64,000 nucleotides of DNA from Octopus vulgaris (lineage: Eukaryota), in contig OX597814.1 in assembly GCA_951406725.2 (NCBI GenBank), positions 77,686,001 through 77,750,000 of the forward strand, given 5' to 3'. The position numbers were made by a program, and so were the translations under genes. The notes beneath the pieces were generated by a model, which was not told the origin of the DNA, searched no databases, and saw only the letters and a program-made list of their open reading frames with translations. Shown piece after piece: positions 14,072 through 26,799 of this stretch. Positions within the stretch are counted from its first letter, which is position 1. Every line of letters starts with the position of its first letter.

Positions 14072-14394
14072 TTACTCTTATGTTCCAGACATCGCCTTTA
14101 ATACATAATATAAGGTACAGCAACTGTGAGATTTATTCCTCCTTTGCTACTAATTCAGAGAACTTTGTTGTTCAATACTTGCAGGGCAAAATGGTTAGTG
14201 GTGTTTTGTCCATCTTTATGCTCTGAATTCAAATTTTACTGAGATTGATTTTGCCTTTCATCCCTTAGGGAACCGATGAATTAAATGCCAGTCGAGTATT
14301 GGAGTTGATGTAATCAACCTACCAACCCCCCTCAGAAATTGCTTGCCTTGTGCCAAAATTTGAAACCAATACTTGCTCTCTATATGCCATATAT

Positions 14395-15200
14395 AGGTTG
14401 TTTGGAAAATAGTGTTTGATTTTTTAAAAACATTTTTTCAAATTTGATTTAAGATGTTATCGTTGTAGAGTTTTAGATGAAATTTTATATGCTTAATAAT
14501 TGATGTGTACTCTTCATAAATTTTTAATGCTTTCTCTCAGAATATAATTTTGAAGCATAGAAATCCTTAATTTCAAACATGATAAAAAGAAAAAAAATGC
14601 ATTTACTTCATTTTGTATGAATTCAAGCTTGGATATAATGCTTCCCATAACAGCCACCACTGGTAAAACAGTGGTTTGAATGATTCTGTAGTGAGGATGA
14701 GAGCCTTGAAGATCAAGAAGTTAGAAGACATCCATCTGCCCTTGATGATCAGCATTTAAAAACAATAGAGCTTTCAGGAACCTAACCAGAGCATTACATT
14801 GGATGTTTACTGTAAGTAACTGAAAGAAATGCATGTTCACTTAAGCAAAATGAGACCTGCACTTGTTAATTGATGTGGTCCAATTCTGCTCCACAACAAT
14901 GCTTGACCGCATGTTTCCAGGATGGCACTGCAGAAGTTCATGAACTTGGGATACGAGATTTTACCACATCTTCCATATTCTCCTGATCTTTCATCCACTG
15001 ACTACCACTTTTTCAAGCATCTAGATACTTTTTAAGACAAAAAAAAAAGCTTTCTGTTCCAAAACCAAGGTTGAAACTGAATTCAAGGATTTCTTGGGAT
15101 CAAAACCTTTGGATTTTTATTGAAGATGCATAAATGACCTTGTTAATCAATGGGAGAAATGCATAGCTGTTCAGAGATCATGTATTGATCAAAACAGTTT
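14395..15200 (+). mobile_element. Internally deleted mariner relic
   Basis: ILLHNNA*PH and PHLPYSPDLSSTDYHFFKHL can be read at about 14880-15030. Confidence 0.75.
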
Positions 15201-15502
15201 GATTCAAATTCCTTGGCACTTTAAGTTCTGAATTGGAAATTTAAATCTCATAAGTTTCTGAAATATATAAAACTTGAATATTTTGAACAGTTACTGTAGC
15301 TCTCTCCAGTCTTCAACATTAAATGGTTATAAACTTTATAGAGTCAACAGATGAGATACAGAGATGCTTAATATGGAAAATACTTCGTAATGGTCAAATG
15401 ATTTGAACTTACACTCCAAAAACTTTACTGAGGACTAAGTCCAATTCATATTGTAAATACTATATACTGACAGTTGGGATTTAGCTAAACTATCCAGCAA
15501 TG

Positions 15503-15566
15503 GAGTAGTCATCACTGATGAGCTTTTAATTCAAAATGAAACTAGACTAGTATGATGATCTCACTC
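15503..15566 (+). ncRNA. Type-I hammerhead-ribozyme-like motif
   Basis: Stem I is GTCATCA/TGATGAT. The core has CTGATGA (15515-15521) and GAAA (15538-15541). Stem III is CTA-GAC-TAG and the cleavage triplet is GUA. Stem II is imperfect (G.U, C/A, then 4 U-A pairs). Confidence 0.6.
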
Positions 15567-17832
15567 ACTGTGGGGTGACTTTTTAGCTCTTATTCCTAAC
15601 AATGTAGGTGCTACCCTGCACTGTAAGTCGCAATTAGTGACAACAATTCAATTTTTCCTTTTTGGATTTATATTGATTATAGCCACCTTCATTATGCCTG
15701 CCTGCCTGCCTACCTACCTATCTATCTATCTAGCTACCTATATAAGCTAATGTTTTGAGGACAATGTTAGAATACAAAGTACATTTGAAATTATATCTAA
15801 CAATACTACCTTACACCCATCAGGGATATTTATGCAGTTCCTGAAATATAGGAAGAAAACACTGACACACTATGGAAACTCATTTTTTAAAATAAACCTA
15901 AATATAACAACAACAATATCTAGCAAGAAGAGTTCATAGCTACAAAAGAAACAGGAAAAAATAAAACATAAAAAACTCATCTCTTCCAGTATTGAGGTTC
16001 ATCAAAAACTGGAAATGTTCTGATATTGATAATATCTGAAATTTATAAAGGTAGTCATTTGATGTGCAGCACAGTCATCTTCAACACCTTCTTAAAGAGC
16101 CCAGACTAAGTGCTTCAATAGCTCCTTACAAGTATGACGAAAATGATCCCCAAGAAAAGACCAGCAGATGATTTATGTAACAATTGCATCAGCATTTGTC
16201 AGCTGGTAATTTATACAGCACTCTCTAAAATACTATTCAATAGAATAACTTATCATATATTAAAAAATGTCATTCCTATAAAGCATAAGGGATGTATGCA
16301 ATAGTTGTTTGGAGCAATTAACCAGGTTCTTGTTCTCAAGGTAGTACTGGATGATGTCAAGGCATGAAAAAGAACCTGTCATGCTCCTAAATCAGCTACA
16401 AGAAAAGCTTAGGATTCAGTCCTGAATGATTGTATTATCAAAATGTTTAAGTACATCAATGTGAGGACAATATGGTGAATGTCATTAAAATAACAAGGAA
16501 AGCATGGCAGACAGTTCTTACTATCATTAACAAAACTGTCGTTGTAAGCTGAGCCTCTCTGAAATATCTAGTTGGATATTTCAAGAGAATAGTATTTGCA
16601 TTGTACCTTTCTTCTTCATTTGATTTTATGCTTGTTAAATTAAAGTCCACTAATTAAAAAAAAAGTCAACTTATGATACTATATGGAAAGGGAGGTTCAG
16701 ACACCCTTTCATTCTCATGGATGGCCTAAAACTGTGTGCTGCAGTTGTATAAATAGTTTAGCAAAGACATTAAGATGTCCTTTGGCTGAAGAAGTGCCAG
16801 AAACTAATAATAAAATGAAGCAGTGAAACAGATGATTTGGAATTTCACTACAAATTTTGGGGAAGAGATGAAAGTAAAACTGTGCATGAAAAATGTCCAA
16901 ACAAGAACGAAAAATGAATACCTCGATAGGCTCAAATACTAAAAATTCATCACACTACCAGGAACACTATCTGCACCATCCACACATTTGCAGTGCCAGC
17001 TATAACATATGGTTTTGTGCTGGAACATGACAACTAAATTCTATAGAAGGTAATATAAAAAAATCTATTAAAAAAGTACCACATATATATACTCTTTTAC
17101 TTGTTTCAGTCATTTGACTGCAGCCATGCTGATAGAGAGAGAGAGACAGACAGAGAGAGACACAGAGAGAGACAGAGAGGTGGGGGATAACTTCTGAGTG
17201 TCAGGGAGTAATGAGTAATCAGTGGTTAATGTTACCTTCTGTTTCCAACACTACTTATACCTGGTCACCAAATTTCAGCTAACTAAATATATAAAGTTCT
17301 ATGAACCTCCAACCATCTTTGAAAATAGATTGTGCACCATATATAGGACATCATTCTTAATGATAAAAAGCGAAAATGGTGTACTAATTATCTACATAGT
17401 AGTACTAGACGTTAAGTATATATATATAATGTCAAGCATAATAGCATACTAATTATCAACATAGCAACACAAAATACTCTGTATTTAAAATGTTATATAG
17501 AAGTGAACTATGTCTGGGACATGGCGTTTCCTTTTAGCATCCCAATGAGTTTTCCCTTTCATTTGCTATAATTCAGAATCGTATTCCTCTTTGCATTTGT
17601 TCACCACGATAGCAAGTACTTGCTTTTCTTCTATAGAATAATTTCGATGCGGTGCACCACAAAATACTCTTTTGTCTGTCATGATGTTATGAAAAAAAGT
17701 TTAAAGAGAAATGACTAGTCGTATTGATGTTAAATCCTTATTCCATAAAAAGCTTGTCATGTAAGGATAAACAGTTCGCCATTGAAGTTCTTATTTTGTG
17801 TGGGATTTATGTTGGTGATTGTAAGCGAAATT

Positions 17833-18442
17833 GGATCTTTTCCTTTTGAACGGCACATGTCAACACAATTTCTAGTTAACTAAACACTTTAAAACTTCGC
17901 ATACTGGTAGAATGTGTCAAAATAAGATTTTTTTCTCTTGGCTTTCTTGATAAAATTGTAATTCGTTTGTTTAACGTAGTTTAATTTTTACAATTTTAAC
18001 CAATGAATCGCCTCTAATTGAGCTAAAATCATTTGCTGCATCTAAAACTGAGACAACATCCTGTCACTAACCCTAAACCTCACCCTAACCCTAACCCTAA
18101 TTTTTTATTCTTAATTGTTACGCGTGTAAAAAAAACGTTTTTTTTACACGCGTAACAATTAAATTAATTTAACAATTAAGAAAAAAAAAATTAGGGTTAG
18201 GGTTAGTGACAGGATGTTGTCTCAGTTTTAGACGCAGCAAATGATTTTAGCTCAATTAGAGGCGATTCATTGGTTAAAATTCTAAAAATTAAACTACGAT
18301 AAATAAACGAATTACAATTTTATCAAGAAAGCCAAGAGGAAAAAATGTCTTATTTTGACACATTCTACCAGTATACGAAGTTTTAAAGTGTTTAGTTAAC
18401 TAGAAATTGTGCTGACATGTGCCGTTCAAAAGGAAAAGATCC
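17833..18442. mobile_element. Foldback MITE, probably Merlin-mobilised, with about 280-bp TIRs and telomeric repeats
   Basis: Termini are GGATCTTTTCC...GGAAAAGATCC. The 8-bp target duplication is GCGAAATT/GCGAAATC. The near-identical arms end in (CCCTAA)n / (TTAGGG)n. Confidence 0.85.
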
Positions 18443-19201
18443 GCGAAATCGTAGAGAAACTGAAAATGAAGTTTTGTTGACTACAGTGTGGAGTAGCAGT
18501 AAACTCACGCGGGGCAGTTGTCCAGCCTCAAGATTTTATAAATTCTGGCTGGTTGTAAAGCATATTTTCTGACAGTAATTTCCTTGTTTTCTATGTGTCC
18601 TGAAGCAGGTGTACTGTGTATCGAAATGATTGATCTTCTTAAGGTTGAAGGTTATCAATGCCCTAAAATGTTGAAGTCTCACCACATGAACTTTGGTTAC
18701 ATATACTGTGGATAAATATTTTTCTTCCATGCATTACGAAAACAAAGAGAACACTCTAAGTTTTCTTCTCATTCCTGTCCTCTGCTTCTTTTTTTCCATG
18801 CTGATGCACAATTTGTGTCAGTCAAAATAATAATGGATTCCCCAGAGTTTGTTGTTTTGTACTAGTAACAGGAGTTAGTTTAATCGACTTCTCCTTCCTT
18901 TAAATTGCTGGCCTTGTGCCTAAGCCTCGGGCAACGTGTCTTGCAGCGTAGAGTTATGGCCCATTACGCTCTGAGTTCAATCCCGCTGAGGTTAACTTTA
19001 CCTTTCATCCCTACGGGGTCGATAAAATAATGTACCAGAATGTACTTCGGTTGCTTTAATCCACTTGTCCCCCCACACAGATTGTTGGTCTTGTGCCTAA
19101 ATGAGAATTCATATTAAAATTTTCTAGGATGTCAGCCTTGATTTTTTTCTAAAACAAGAATTAATTATTTAGTTAATACATCCAATTTATTTTATAACAT
19201 A

Positions 19202-20104
19202 CTAGCAGTATCGCCCGGCGTTGCTCGGGTTTGTAAGGGAAATAACTATATAAGCATTTTTAGAGATGTAAAGTATAATAGCTATCTCAATATGGTTAAC
19301 CACAAAGGTTACTGTAGCTTTTTACGTTCTGAGATTTAATAATAAACTTTTAGAGAGTTACTTCCCTTATATATGCCAAAAATGCATTAAAAATGGGAAA
19401 AATTGATGGTAAATTTTTTTTAAAATCGTAGACTCATCGTAGACGCGCGCTAATACCCAGAAGGGCTCGATATGAATCACGACTATAAGATACCCGGTTT
19501 TGGTTAAACTGCACCGCAAAATGTGGGAGTAGTTAGGAATCTAAATCGTAGGAGACAGACAGCACACAACCTTACTTTTATATATAAAGACTAGCAGTAT
19601 CGCCCGGCGTTGCTTGGGTTTGTAAGGGAAATAACTATATAAGCATTTTTAGAGAGTTACTTCCTTATAGATGCCAATATCGGGCTTTCTTAGCCATTTC
19701 TGTTTTGGTGTCTTCAAGCCATGAAGTCGTTGTTCTAAAAGAACGCTGGTCTCCTTGACAACGCTTTACGACGTTGATTTCCTTACACTCCCTTCCCCAC
19801 AGCTTCACAAGGGAGGGAAAGAAGGGGGAGAAGCAAACAGGTGCAGGTGTGACCATGGACGCCAACTCCGCCGCCATCGACACACGAAAAATTATGCATT
19901 AAAATGGAATAAAAAATGATGTTAAATTATTTTTAAAATCGTAGACTCATCGTAGACGCGCGCTAATAGCCAGACGGGCTCGATATGAATCACGACTATA
20001 AGATACCCGAATTTGGTTAAACTGCACCGCAAAATGTGGGAGTAGTTAGGAATCTAAATCGAAGGGGACAGACACTCACACAACTACAGTTTTATATATA
20101 TAGA
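19202..20104 (-). mobile_element. Two head-to-tail non-autonomous Helitrons (19591-20104 and 19202-19590)
   Basis: Each unit starts TC and ends with the hairpin CCC(G/A)AGCAACGCCGGG then CTAG. The outer flanks are A|T and the junction is exactly CTAG|TC. Confidence 0.9.
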
Positions 20105-20197
20105 TGTCATTACTTGTAATGTTCTTTTTTTTTTCATATATATAGAATGTTTTTAACATAAAATAAAATAATTATTAGATTCTCCAGCTGTTGCACC

Positions 20198-20328
20198 CAC
20201 TAGCGTAGCTAGAGTGTGTGCCGCCAGGGGCGACCCTTCTGTTTGCCGGCTCCCGACCCCACAAAAAAAAAACATATATTGCCTATAGCAGATCCAAAAG
20301 TACCGCCCCACCCCTAGCTACACTAGTG
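20198..20328. mobile_element. Small hAT-type MITE
   Basis: 15-bp TIRs CACTAG(C/T)GTAGCTAG, with imperfect 8-bp flanks GTTGCACC/GTTGTATC. Confidence 0.65.
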
Positions 20329-20379
20329 GTTGTATCAATATAAGTAGCTTACAATAAGATTTCGCGGGAGATAGATTAT

Positions 20380-20635
20380 CAAAATTTAATGAGGGGGAGA
20401 AAGTTGGAATAAAAGCGGGGGCAGAATCTTAATGATTAATAAGCTGCGGAAGAAGATAAAAGCCAGGGGTGGTGGTGGAAAAATCCAAAAAATTAATAAG
20501 CAGGGGTGGAAAAAATCTGAACAATTAATAAGCGGAGTGAGGAGGGAATAAAAGTGTGTGTGTGTGTGTGTGGAAAAATCTGAAAAATTAATAAGCGGGT
20601 GTTGGAGGCGGACGATTATTCAAGACCCCATAGTA
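20380..20635. repeat. Degenerate minisatellite (AAAATCTGAAAAATTAATAAGCGGG-like units), probably a DNA-transposon end
   Basis: About 5-7 imperfect copies of AATTAATAAGC(G/A)GG. Confidence 0.55.
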
Positions 20636-20724
20636 GGTGAAAAAGGGTAGATAGGTGGTGAAAGTATTGGCCATCTGAGCGAGTGCAGTACGCTAACTAA
20701 AAAAAAGTATAAACGCAAGCATGT

Positions 20725-21152
20725 CTGCTGGTAAAACTGTGCATTGCGACGTTAGCTAAGTTTGTGGATTTTAAATGACAGAAAAGTGGTATGCTCAAAG
20801 GCCAGAAGCTGTAATGGTGAATGATAATTACAAGATTTTATGGGATTTCTCCTGAAAAACTGATCGTATTATTAAAGCAAGGAAATGTCTTGGAGGATAG
20901 AAATAACAAACTCATATGATAGCAGAATGGATAATACAAACTGAGAAATTTGTAAAATATTAAGACATAGCCATAGTGATGAAGAGATTGTGGAACACAA
21001 GCGTGAAAATTGTTCCTCTGGTAACATGTGGACTTTTCACAACGCCCAAACTGCTACCTAAGAGGCCGGAATATAATGAAATTTAAGCACGTATTATCGA
21101 CATGCAGAAAAATGTCATTGTGTACTCCACAAGAGCACTAGGAAAGATTTGA
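20725..21152 (+). mobile_element. R4/Dong-like LINE C-terminal relic
   Basis: Translates to EAVMVNDNYKILWDF and WNTSVKIVPLVTCGLFTTPK, resembling the restriction-like endonuclease end of R4/Dong ORFs. Confidence 0.55.
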
Positions 21153-21770
21153 AGAGACATAGTGTTTCTAGATCTCAGGACAACATCTCTCTTAATGTTC
21201 CTAGTTCAAATCCTGCCATGGTCAATTTTACCTTTCATCGATAAAATAAGTACTGAGGACGATGGTTTCTACTGACTTCCTCCTTACAAAATTATAGGCT
21301 TTGTGTTTAAAATAGAAACAAAATGCTTAGTATTTCATCAGACTACTGATGAAATATTTGAGCTCAAATTCTTCCTGTAATCGACAAGCAGTCTCCCCAT
21401 AAATTCCAAGTCTTGTGCTTATAATATAAACATTTATAGTTATTCTTAAGGGTGGTGAATAGAAAGAATCATTCAAGTATTATACACAATAACTTGCAGT
21501 ATTTCTTCCGGATCTTTACATTCAGAATTCAAGTCTGGCTGAGGTCGGCTTTGCCTTTCATCCTTCCAAGGTCGATAAAATAAAAGTACCAACCAAATTT
21601 TGTGGTAAATTTATCTAATCTTCCCCCAACACTTCACGCATTTAACCCATAATAGGAACAATTATTATCATTATCTGACTGTTCAATTATCCGGTCTATT
21701 TCCACCATATTGGTCTCTTAATTGAGCGTGTTTTTTCTTTAACTTTCGAATTAAGGAAAACAGGATTTTG

Positions 21771-21968
21771 TACGTACGTACGTATGTATGTATGTATGTA
21801 TGTATGTATGTATGTATGTATGTATGTATGTATGTATGTATGTGTCCATGCATACATATGTATGTGTGTTTGTATGCATGCATGCGTATATGTGTATGTA
21901 TGTGTGTATGTGCGTATATATGTATACGTGTGTGTGTGTGTGTGTGAGTGCGCGCGGGCCTACGTACG
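21771..21968. repeat. (TACG)n/(TATG)n/(TG)n compound microsatellite
   Basis: Read directly from the sequence. Confidence 0.9.
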
Positions 21969-22404
21969 TATATATATTATGTTTAGTAATGGAAGGCAAG
22001 TTTTATGATATCGAAGGAATATCATCTCCTTCCATCATTCTTCTTGTTCTTTATGTAATTCAGGCTTTCGGCTGGCGAAGAGAAAAGACTTTAAGTACAA
22101 CTGCTATTTACAACTGGTTTATTTAAAGGAAAGGTGAAGTGTGCTGCTTTCAGCTACCATGAAATTCGGTTGACGGAACACTTGGAATTCTGTCGAATGT
22201 ATTGAGCCGGTGATTTAAAGATCCAACCTTGTCATCTATTTTGTCGGATTAAATTGTGCTCAGAATTACATTGACGCTACACATGTCTGTGGAATACACA
22301 ACCACTTACACGTTAATTGAACGAGTAGTACTTTCAGGTGGTCGAACAACTGAATTCTATTCGTCAAAACAAACGAATGATACCGCATCTCGCTCTCTCT
22401 CTCA

Positions 22405-22593
22405 GCTAACTCTGATGAGCGTAAAGTTATATAATCGGATTTTTACCTGACACTCCATTGTATAATTTACGCGAAACCGATTGGTAAGACCAACCGTGAT
22501 GGAAATTTAATACTATACATTTCGGATAATATACCCACTCTACTGACAGATATATGAGTCCATCTTTTCCCTGACTTATGGTCTCTTAGACGA
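22405..22593 (+). mobile_element. Short Penelope-type repeat with hammerhead motif (22410-22488)
   Basis: CTGATGA at 22412, a 16-bp stem II, then GAAACCGATTGGTA. It is homologous to 29325-29511. Confidence 0.65.
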
Positions 22594-22848
22594 CCCATGT
22601 GTTGCACGCACACGCTGCCACAAAATGAAGGGTGCATTACAATAGGCTCTCCGCGGCTGGTGCGTATGTATATATATATATATGTACATATGTGTGTGTG
22701 TGTATGTGCATACATGCATACATACATACATACATACATGATGCAATGGCTAAATTGTCACCATTTATATTTTTAATTTCGTGCATGCGCATTGTTTGTT
22801 TTTGATTTTGTCGACTACACAGGGCACCATCTGTGAGAAAAACAGCCC

Positions 22849-22908
<60 letters not shown>

Positions 22909-23167
22909 CAAAATAATTGAGATTTAGATGAATTAGGTACTTAGGTTGAGGCACAAAAAATTAGTTCGATATTATCTGTACAATATCAAAAATAAGGTGA
23001 ATAAAATCAAAATAAGCAACAGGATATCCTGAGGTGATGCAGTGCAACCGTTTCAAGCGACTCCATTTAATTGAACAATGCAATCATTATATCAATTTAA
23101 ATGCAGAGCTATCCGCAGCTGCATAGATAAGTAAATAGTGTTAATTTAATCATCAGTCAGACACATT

Positions 23168-23580
23168 TTACTCTTTTACTTATTTCAGTCATTTGACTGC
23201 GGCCATGCTGGAGCACCGCCTTTAGTCGAGCAAATTGCCCCCAGGACTTATTCCTTGTAAGCCTAGTACTTATTCTATCGGTCTCTTTTGCCGAACCGCT
23301 AGTTACGGAGACGTAAACACACCAGCATCGGTTGTCAAGCGATGTTGAGGTGGGGGTGGGAGGGACAAACAGACACACAAACATATACACACACATATAT
23401 ATATATACATGTATACGACGGGCTTCTTTCAGTTTCCGTCTGCCAAATCCACCCAGAAGGCTTTGGTCGGCCCGAGGCTATAGTAGAAGATATTTGCCCA
23501 AGGTGCCACGCAGTGGGACTGAACCTGGAACCATGTGGTTAGTAAGCAAGCTACTTACCACACAGCCATTCCTGCGCCTA
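23168..23580 (-). mobile_element. SINE family A, well-preserved copy
   Basis: tRNA-like head GGCTGTGTGGTAAG...GGTTCAGTCCC, an internal microsatellite and an A-rich (TAAAAG) tail. Confidence 0.85.
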
Positions 23581-24384
23581 TGTATAATGTTACTTAAATC
23601 TTCTAAGTGGGTAAGAAGACAAAGTCCATGCTGTTTCCACTTCAGCTTAGAAGCTACTAAGACATCACGAATAAAAAGAAACTTGTTAGGGTTCTAGCTT
23701 GTCACTGATTTTAGGGGTCGGTTTTGATTTATAGTCCTAGTTTATCAAATCTTTGTATATCAAAATCTAAGACAATAGAGCAGTGTCTGATAGGAAAGGA
23801 CACAAGGGAGATGTCAGAATCATAGTGGGTATAGTTATAAAACTTGTCAAGATTATTTTGAAGCAGTATAAAGTAACTGGTTATAATGAGGTTTAGTAAA
23901 GGAAGATCTTAAATCAAAATGTTAATTACCAATTAAAGGGGCAAGACTCTAATAAAACCAATGATTATAATACAGGGGAACAGAAAATATTATAAGCAAA
24001 ATGATAAATTTTTTAATAATATTGAGTATATACCAAATTTGCAACAATAGAGAGAGAAAAAAATTACGTAGAATTAGTTTAATATTTATTCATATACTTA
24101 AATATTTACTTATTAGGTGGTAATAATGAAGATTATCCACTTGTATTTACTGGCAATTTAATAAAGGAATACTGGGGCGATAGAACATGCTAATAATAAA
24201 ATAATAATCTAAAAGGTATATTATAAGTTGTGGAGTTTCCGGTGTTGTTATATATAAGCTAATATTATTTATTATTTATTTATGCAGCTGAGGATAACTC
24301 TGCATTTAAATTAATGTAATGATTGCATTGTTCAAGTTGCTTCAAACGGCCATACTGCATCAACTCTGGATATCCTGTTGCATA

Positions 24385-26300
24385 TTTGGCCGAAATTGTC
24401 CTCTCACTCAACTGCTTCTCCTTCGCGGGCGATTTCTACCAGCAGATCTCGGGAGTGGCCATGAGAACGAGAATGGGCCCCAACTATGGGAACCTGTTCG
24501 TTGGTTATGTTGAGGCCCAAATATTCTCAAGTTTCACTGGTCCCACTCCCGAACTATATAGCCGTTATATTGACGACTGTATCGGTGCAACCTCACTCTC
24601 CCGCGAACATCTAGACTCCTTCCTCTCTTTTGTCTAATCTTTCCATCCTGCCCTCCACTTCTCCTGCACTATCTCTGACACCTCTGTCTCCTTTCTTGAA
24701 ATTTTTGGTCAGTATTCATCACTCCACTCTTACCACCTCCATCCACTACAAACACACAGACTCACACTCATACTTCAACTTCTCCTCCTCCCACCCTAAA
24801 CACACCAAGTTTTCAATGCCCTATTCTCAATTCCTCCGTCTACGCAGTCTCTGTAGTGACGACCATGACTTTGAGACTCAGTCTCAACTTGCCACTTCAA
24901 TCCTACGTGGATATCCCCTCACCACTATCCACACCGCCCTTACCAGAGCACGTTCCGTGGACCGTGCATCTTCTCTCTCCCCCCGAACCTGCTCGTCGTC
25001 TCCCGCCTCCCGTTTTCCCTCACCTACCACCCCACCGCCCTACCTCTCCAACACACCATTCTCCGAGCTTTGTGGCATCTCCAGTCCGACCCCTTCACTT
25101 CACACATCTTCCCTACCCGACCTCTCCCCTCCTTCAAACGAGCCCACAACCTACGAGACATCTTGGTCCACAGATTCTTCCCCAACCCAGCCTCACAATC
25201 TGGCTCGTTCCCTTGCTCCCGCCCACGCTGTCGCACTTGCCCTTACCTCTCCAACACCACCCTCCTCACCAGCACCCATCATCGACCCTATCACATCACC
25301 GACTCCTTCACCTGCACTTCTACCAATATCATCTATTGCATCTCCTGCTCTCTCTGCCACTCTCTGTATATCGGACAAACGGGACGCCGCTTGGCTGACC
25401 GGTTCGCGGAACACCTCCAAGGCATCCGCCTCGGCAATTACACCACGGTCTCACGCCGTTTTCACTCTACCGGTCACTCTTTGCAACACCTGTCCGTGTT
25501 CGAATTGTCCTTGCAGAGGCCATCCGGACTCCCGTTTGTGCCGTGATTAGGAATTAATCTTCTCTCTTCGCTCCTTTGCACCATATGGGTTCAACTCTCC
25601 TCCCCTCTTCATCTAACCTCCTCCCCTTGCCTCTCTCCACTCACTCCTACTTCCTCCCTTGCTCCAACTCCTACTTCTCTTCACCCCTACTCTCTTCTCT
25701 CTTTCTCGCTTCTCTCATACCACCTTCCCCTTCCCCCTTCATCGTCACCCTCTCCCACATTCCCCACCCTCTGCCTTCCCACATACTCCACCTCTACCCC
25801 AACCTTCAGCCTAACCCACACCCCACCCGTGCTTTCCCCACTCTCACCTCCCAACATCATCACACCACACTACACCGTACCACATAACACATCACAACAC
25901 ACCAGCACTGACCAATTCCCATCCCCGCATTTTCACACCTACACATACACACACGCACACGTCAAGATCACCAGCCCTCTTTCACACGCACATACGTACT
26001 CTCTTACACACACGCGCACCTTCGTTTTGGGATCACTACTACTTTGTTATCTCCCCTACTTCTTAGCTCTCCTGTGTGACCTTTCTGTCACATTTTCGTA
26101 GCATTTTGAAAGGCAGGAAAAAGCAGACTTCTCTTGATAGGTTTCTAATGAAATGACCTGCAAGTGTAAAAAGTGAAGTAAGTGTGTCCAAAAAGCCTAA
26201 ATTAAGCGAAGTGAGAGAGAAAACGCTAGAAATTGTCTGTCCTGAAGTCTTGATGGCAGGAGAATCTCCTTCCAAACAATAATCCACCGCATCATTGTCT
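24385..26300 (+). mobile_element. Penelope-like retroelement (Neptune-type), 5'-truncated, with frameshifted RT and GIY-YIG endonuclease
   Basis: RT motifs YQQISGVAM..MGP.Y.NLF, RYIDD and HYK.TDSHSY....SSHP. A Cys linker PCSRPRCRTC precedes the GIY-YIG motif NIIYCISC..C..LYIGQTGR.L..RF.EH. Confidence 0.9.
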
Positions 26301-26357
26301 TCCTGGTGCACAAATCGTCCCAACTTTAAGCTAATTCAGTTAATAAAACTAGTTTAC

Positions 26358-26555
26358 AAGGCAGCGAGCTGGGCGAAATGCTTTGCGGTATTTCGTCTGT
26401 CTTTACGTTCTGAGTTTAAATTCCGCCGAGTTCGACTTTGCCCTTCATCCTTTCAGGGTCGATAAATTAAGTACCAGTTGCGGAATGATGTCGATCTAAG
26501 CAACTGGCGCTCTCCTCCCAAATTTTGGGCCTTGTGCTTAGAGTAGAAAAGAATA
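26358..26555 (+). mobile_element. SINE family B with Nin/Deu-like central domain
   Basis: The central motif is GCC.TTCATCCTTTC.GGGTCGATAAA..AAGTACC. Related copies lie near 14180, 18920, 21450, 37366 and 61007. Confidence 0.75.
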
Positions 26556-26799
26556 AAACCAGTTTACATATTTCTTTTGCATTCACTTTTTTTTATAATT
26601 GTCATTTTACTTGTAATTACATCTTTTCTGTTTTAAAACCCATAAAAAATATTTTTTAGTGGTTTTGGGGTGTTGGAACGGATTAATTATATTTTAGTTA
26701 GTTTCAATTGGGAAAACGGATGTGTAAAACGAGTAATCGTAAAACGAGCTTGGTCATGGAACGAATGAAACTCGTACTACGAGATATCACTGTATCTTG

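Noticed and set aside
17500-17690. Minus-strand MTDKRVFCGAPHRNYSIEEKQ reading frame
   Set aside because: It has an early stop and no assignable family; it may be a decayed transposase start.
21331-21356. CTGATGA within a small palindrome
   Set aside because: It is a simple hairpin without the rest of the hammerhead core.
24630-25887. Long Pro/Ser-rich ORFs
   Set aside because: They are off-frame readings of the C-rich Penelope element.
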